A stretch of 53,816 nucleotides of DNA, taken from contig NC_068992.1 of NCBI RefSeq assembly GCF_001194135.2, positions 26,363,513 through 26,417,328 on the forward strand, given 5' to 3'. Both the position numbers and the translations under genes were made by a program. This document shows positions 48,584 to 53,816 of this stretch, piece by piece; positions within the stretch are counted from its first letter, which is position 1; each line of letters starts with the position of its first letter. The notes under the pieces were generated by a model that saw only the letters and a program-made list of their open reading frames with translations, searched no databases and had not been told where the DNA came from. Source of the DNA: Octopus bimaculoides. Taxonomy: Eukaryota.

Positions 48584-51215
48584 GTGTGTGTGTGTGTGTG
48601 TGCGTGTGTGTGCGTGTGTGTGTGAACTGAATTGTAATATGAATATCATGAAAGTATCCAATTCATCACGCATTTCTCTGTATATGTCTAATTTGATAGA
48701 ATAGAATGTACCCAGAACGATTCACTCACATCATAAAAGGAAATAATATCCGCCATACATGTAAAATATTGACGCAGAATGCAGACAGAAGACAATGCTA
48801 CAAACATCTCTATCCAACTGCTCTGACACTGTGCGCCGATAATTACTAAACCATTCTCTTCCATGCATGAAGGTAATTATGCATTCAACGGTCTTCAAAT
48901 ACAGCTTTGAAATATTCCATTTCATACGCGATGAGGGTATAGTCCCGTTATTATACCAGTCAACATTCCTACTTATTGAAGTGACTAAAACATGGAGACC
49001 AAGTATGGATTTAAAAGACTTTTGTATTTACCCGAAACATCTTCGGGCAATTCACACATATGTTCACACGTATATACACATATTCGTAGTATATTCGACA
49101 TGTATTTCTGCATATCTTTGGACATATATGTGATTATATTTTTCGTATACACACATATTTATTTTTACATACACACACATGTACATACATATAATACCTA
49201 TACACATACACGTACATATTGATAGATAGAAAGGAAGAGTGTAAGAAATGGCTGAGAGAGAATATTAAGGTGCTGCATATTTCAATCTATGATAAATGTT
49301 GAATATATTTTCAGTCAGATGCTAAATGTTTGTTTTTCATTCTAGCAAACGCTACATTACGCCTATATAATACCAAACATTTACTAATAGGCAACAGTAC
49401 TGTAATAAAACATATTTACCACATTGGGCGGAATTTTCCCCGGTTATCTACAAATATAGATTAAGATCGCTTATTCTAGCGACCCAACAACATATTTCGT
49501 AGCTGTATGTGTTTAGAGAACTGGACACAACACTACAGTAAATTTATGTCAATAATTTCAGAAATTATCGTGTATTTCACTAATTAAAAGAGTTGTGAAT
49601 GTTTTAGAATTAATTGATAATGCAGATGAAGTATATTCAGTGATCGTTATCATATGAAGCATATTTTACATGAGTAATTTATAATTCTTTAAATATATAT
49701 GAGGCTCATATTAACTTGCATTTCTACCGCTAATACTTCTTACGTTTTATTACATAAACTTTGTTTTCTCTTTTTGCCAGTTTTGCAAAAGAAATATTTG
49801 CTTAGGATATTAGAGGAGAATGCGAAGCTACTGTGTATGTCCAGCTTATAATATTGATGATATCATTTTTTTTTCTCTCATAAACTTCTCTGTAAGTTGA
49901 ATGAATAAAATAAGAGAGTGCGCATTATCATCTTTAGCAGAATATATAAAACTGATCCCACTTTTGAAATACGTATTCAAATAAAGTATAGTATGACTAA
50001 ATATAGTGTTTGTGGAACCAACTTTAGTATATTTCGCAAATGATAAGCACGGCCGCATTATCTCTATTAATGGGAAAAAAATGTGCATGTGTAGAAAAAT
50101 ATACTAACTATAGTTAAAAGCATAACTTGTGAATACATTTCAAGCAATATAAGCAATACTAATAACAGGTACGCGTGTAAAGCATTAGACGCCAACGTTT
50201 TCAAGTATCCTATATTCAACTGACATTACTTGTAATAACCGTGATTGTAACTGTAGAGAATGTAAAACGCTCGTTCGGTTATGTAATATAGATAATAGCG
50301 AAATTATCATTTAGAAAATGCGACAATCGCACCAATCAAAAAGTTTGTTTATCACTTATCATATAATAAACACAGAGATAACAAAGATCAAACGGTTTCT
50401 AATCAATGGAGTTTCAGGAAAGCATTCATCTAAAGCATTAGCTGATTCGATATACAATATTAAATACAGGATTATCTGAAAGGCATCACTATGGAATCAG
50501 TTCTTGAAATATCTATGAAATAATACAAAATAATGTTAGACTAAGGAAATAGATTCTGCCTAATAATACATCATGAACATTTATTATGCGACGTTAAGTA
50601 ACCAAATTGAAGTAGGCAGTGTTTGGCAGATATTTGGCAATGCAATTTGGACATTTTTATTACGCAAATGACAGTTGTTAATATCATCATTTTGCTTATA
50701 TTACTTTCTAAGCAGAAGTCTATCTACTTGCTTGGACATCGACTGACAAACTTAACGTGCTCAGCAAATAGAGTAATAATATAATATATTTCCCTAACAT
50801 AGAAATCAATTTATGTACACACTGTTGCAATGTATATACAGGAAGTATTATTGTTATTATATAAGTTCAGAAATACTCATATGTGCACAAACAGATTACA
50901 TACATACATGCATAAATATATATAGTATATATATATATATATATATATATATATNNNNNNNNNNNNNNNNNNNNNNNNNNNNNNNNNNNNNNNNNNNNNN
51001 NNNNNNNNNNNNNNNNNNNNNNNNNNNNNNNNNNNNNNNNNNNNNNNNNNNNNNNNNNNNNNNNNNNNNNNNNNNNNNNNNNNNNNNNNNNNNNNNNNNN
51101 NNNNNNNNNNNNNNNNNNNNNNNNNNNNNNNNNNNNNNNNNNNNNNNNNNNNNNNNNNNNNNNNNNNNNNNNNNNNNNNNNNNNNNNNNNNNNNNNNNNN
51201 NNNNNNNNNNNNNNN

Positions 51216-51254
<39 letters not shown>

Positions 51255-51867
51255 ATATTATGCACTCCCACAGAGAAAAAGATTGACAGCGGTACACATA
51301 CGAATGTACCAACACAGACTCCCGCACATATAAATCTTATCATGACCGATGTCCTGCGACTGAATCCAGTAAAATGCTGTATCTGTGTGAGTGTGTGCGC
51401 GCATCCGTTCGTGCGTTTGTGTAAAAGTGTCAGATATCCCGCGCTTTCATTGTATCCAAACCTAGAAGAACACTAAATATATAAAAACGACTATATATTT
51501 ATTTATTCATAAACTACAAGAATAATTTCATTCTACAAGATTAACTCATATTACATTTTGTGACAAATACGAGCTACAAAAAAACTAATATTAAATGAAA
51601 GATTTTTACGATACGACAATCTTCTGAAGTAAATATGAAACGCCATCCAATTAAATGAAGTATTTCTACAGTTATCTAAAGTTATCGCAGCCGAAATTTC
51701 TTTAAATTCCCTATATACTTTTGAAGCAGATGAAAATTATATGAATTTTTATTACGTAAGTTATCTTTAGCCCTTGAGATAAGTCACGTGGTTTCTCAGG
51801 CGTACAAATTACCGAGATGACAACGTGACGTAGAATTGGACGGCGGTCTGGTGTAAGATTCAAAGCC

Positions 51868-52057
51868 AATGATTTTTAGGGGACGAACAAGTTCATTACA
51901 TTGGCACCCGTATTTGACTGATACTTTTTTTTTTTTAATCTATAGTGAAGAGATAGAAGTCGCCTTCGCCTGGATTTGAACTTAGAACGTAAAATGCTGG
52001 AAGAAATACCACTAACAATTTCTGTCCGATGTGCTACTAATTCCGCCTGTTCTTCGT
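51868..52057 (-). mobile_element. SINE family B, very old copy
   Basis: GATTTGAACTTAGAACGTAAA...GAAATACCACTAACAATTTCTGTCCGATGTGCTAC is a reverse-complement head and box. Confidence 0.68.
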
Positions 52058-52347
52058 ATAACATTTATTTGTACAAGAAAAGCAGCAAAAGAGCATGACC
52101 GTTCCTTGAACATAGGTATCAAAAGTATCATGGATCGATATTAATCTAAGGATAAACAAAAACCGAAAACAGAATAACAACAAGAGAACGATGGGATGGT
52201 TATGCCTGGAAATTCTTTTATCATAGGTCTGCTCAGTATAATGGATTTTGCTCAAGCAAGCCTAAAATCACACCATTCTGCTGCTCTACGTTCAATTTGT
52301 CGCCAGATTTAACACAACCACCTTGTTAACATTAATATGTTCTTTCG

Positions 52348-52562
52348 AAAGGCGGCGAACTGGCGGAAACGTTAGCAGACCGGGCGAAATTCTTATCGGT
52401 ATTTCGTCTGTCTTTATGTTCTGAGTTCAAATTTCGCTTAGGTCCACTTTGCTTTTTATCTTTTCTGGGTCGACAAATTAAATACCAGTTGCGTACTGGG
52501 GTCGATCTAATTGACTGGCACCTTCCCCAAAAATTGGGGGCCTTGTACCTACAGTAGAAAAG
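52348..52562 (+). mobile_element. SINE family B, full length, tail b, with target-site duplication
   Basis: Full head, core and tail. AATATGTTCTTT at 52334-45 and 52563-74. Confidence 0.92.
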
Positions 52563-52674
52563 AATATGTTCTTTTGATATCATTCGGACCATCACTTTGA
52601 CTTCAAAATAATTTCCATACTACCTCCCACAAATATCAGAGGTACATGTATGCTTCCCTATCTTTTACAACTAA

Positions 52675-53070
52675 ATTGGCTGTGTGATGAGAAGATGGGT
52701 TCCCAAGCACATGGTTCCGGGTTCAATGCCACTAGTTGACACCTTGGGAAAGGGTCTTCTGCTATTGCCTTGGGTCGACCAAAGCTTGTGTGTGGATCTA
52801 GAAGGCGAATACTGAAAGAAGACTCTCGTATATATGTATATATAAATATATGCTTGTGTGTGTGCGACTTTGTGTCTGTGTTTGTTTTCCACCACCGCTT
52901 GGTGTATCTACGTTCCCGCAATCTAGTGGTGCGGGAAAATGGACCGATATAATATGTACAAGGCTTTAAAAAATTAAGGCTTGGGATCAATGTGTTCGAT
53001 TAAACCCCTTCAAGGCGGTTCACCTGCATGGCCGCTATCAAATGATTAGACTAAATAAAAGACAAAATAT
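52675..53070 (+). mobile_element. tRNA-derived SINE, family C, full length, with an internal TA/TG microsatellite
   Basis: Head TGGCTGTGTGATGAG...GGTTCCGGGTTCAATGCC, internal TATATATGTATATATAAATATATGCTTGTGTGTGTG, tail GGCGGTTCACCTGCATGGCCGCTATCAAATGA. Confidence 0.85.
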
Positions 53071-53196
53071 AAAGTATATATATACACATAGGAATATATA
53101 ACTTTAAATACACAACCGAAAGTGCTACCAACATTTTCATGCTATTATCATACTTGAACAGGCATATGGCATATTTATAAAATAGGCTATGAGTGT

Positions 53197-53272
<76 letters not shown>

Positions 53273-53360
53273 ATTAAATTGAACGTCAAACACAAATGAA
53301 CGTTGAATCACCCTACAAAATAAATACAATTTTTACTAAAGAAATCAGCAGAAGATCAGG

Positions 53361-53744
53361 ATGTGTAGGAATTTTCAACACTGTCTCATGAATAAAGCAT
53401 TACGAACATGTGAATTAGAAACAGATGCAGCAGCAATGCCTGGAATCTATAATTTAATTACCAATGGAAACTGCATGCAAATTGCGAATGAAGTCAAAAG
53501 CCATACAATACGTGTACATATGCTAGCCAACCACTTGGGTTATCCCAGAAACGGTTGTAAGGCTTCAAATTCACCTTACCTTAATTACATTATTTTAAAT
53601 GAGATGAGATACTCGTCCTGTCTTAGTTTTGATTTTACTTCGAATATAATATATACATGCTATAACGGAAGCCTTATACGGATCCCTAGATTCAGCCTTA
53701 GCAGTGATCTTGGAAAATATTGGTCGACGAACTATAGCACTTAA
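53361..53744 (+). CDS. Unassigned 127-aa ORF
   Basis: Longest ATG-initiated ORF in non-repetitive sequence in the window. No motif recognised, and it may be chance. Confidence 0.12.
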   Translation: MCRNFQHCLMNKALRTCELETDAAAMPGIYNLITNGNCMQIANEVKSHTIRVHMLANHLGYPRNGCKASNSPYLNYIILNEMRYSSCLSFDFTSNIIYTCYNGSLIRIPRFSLSSDLGKYWSTNYST

Positions 53745-53816
53745 CCAGGGTACCGTACTTATTCATTTAGATCACAAGAGGACTAAACCCCTTCATATTC
53801 TATATATATATATATA

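Noticed and set aside
51780-51850. GTCACGTGG E-box and TGACGT CRE-like motifs close together
   Set aside because: Short motifs with no anchored transcription start, so not supportable as a promoter.
242-53329. Dozens of long ORFs rich in YIYI, CVCV, THTH, poly-X, poly-N, poly-K or poly-L
   Set aside because: They are translations of microsatellites and N-gaps, which lack stops by construction.

Overview
This is AT-rich, repeat-dense animal DNA with about 18 N-gaps, most of them flanked by (TA)n. The SINE families look like octopus (coleoid cephalopod) SINEs, which is my recognition from memory and not a database result. The window is dominated by transposable elements. There are four tRNA-derived SINE families (about 30 copies or fragments, several with target-site duplications), a 5'-truncated CR1/L2-group LINE, a decayed mariner/maT-like transposase, a Penelope GIY-YIG remnant, a Tc1/mariner MITE and an (AAT)n-tailed retroelement end. 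There is also a tRNA-Asn-derived pseudogene with an altered anticodon. No protein-coding gene can be named with confidence, and nearly all ORF-track entries are microsatellite or gap artefacts. I did not find a well-supported new biological system. The best leads are: a degenerate minimal hammerhead ribozyme, a LINE and a SINE sharing a 3' tail, SINE tail-swapping and stacking, two foldback/hairpin structures, a decayed Kazal-like exon, and a speculative phase-compatible exon chain on the minus strand.
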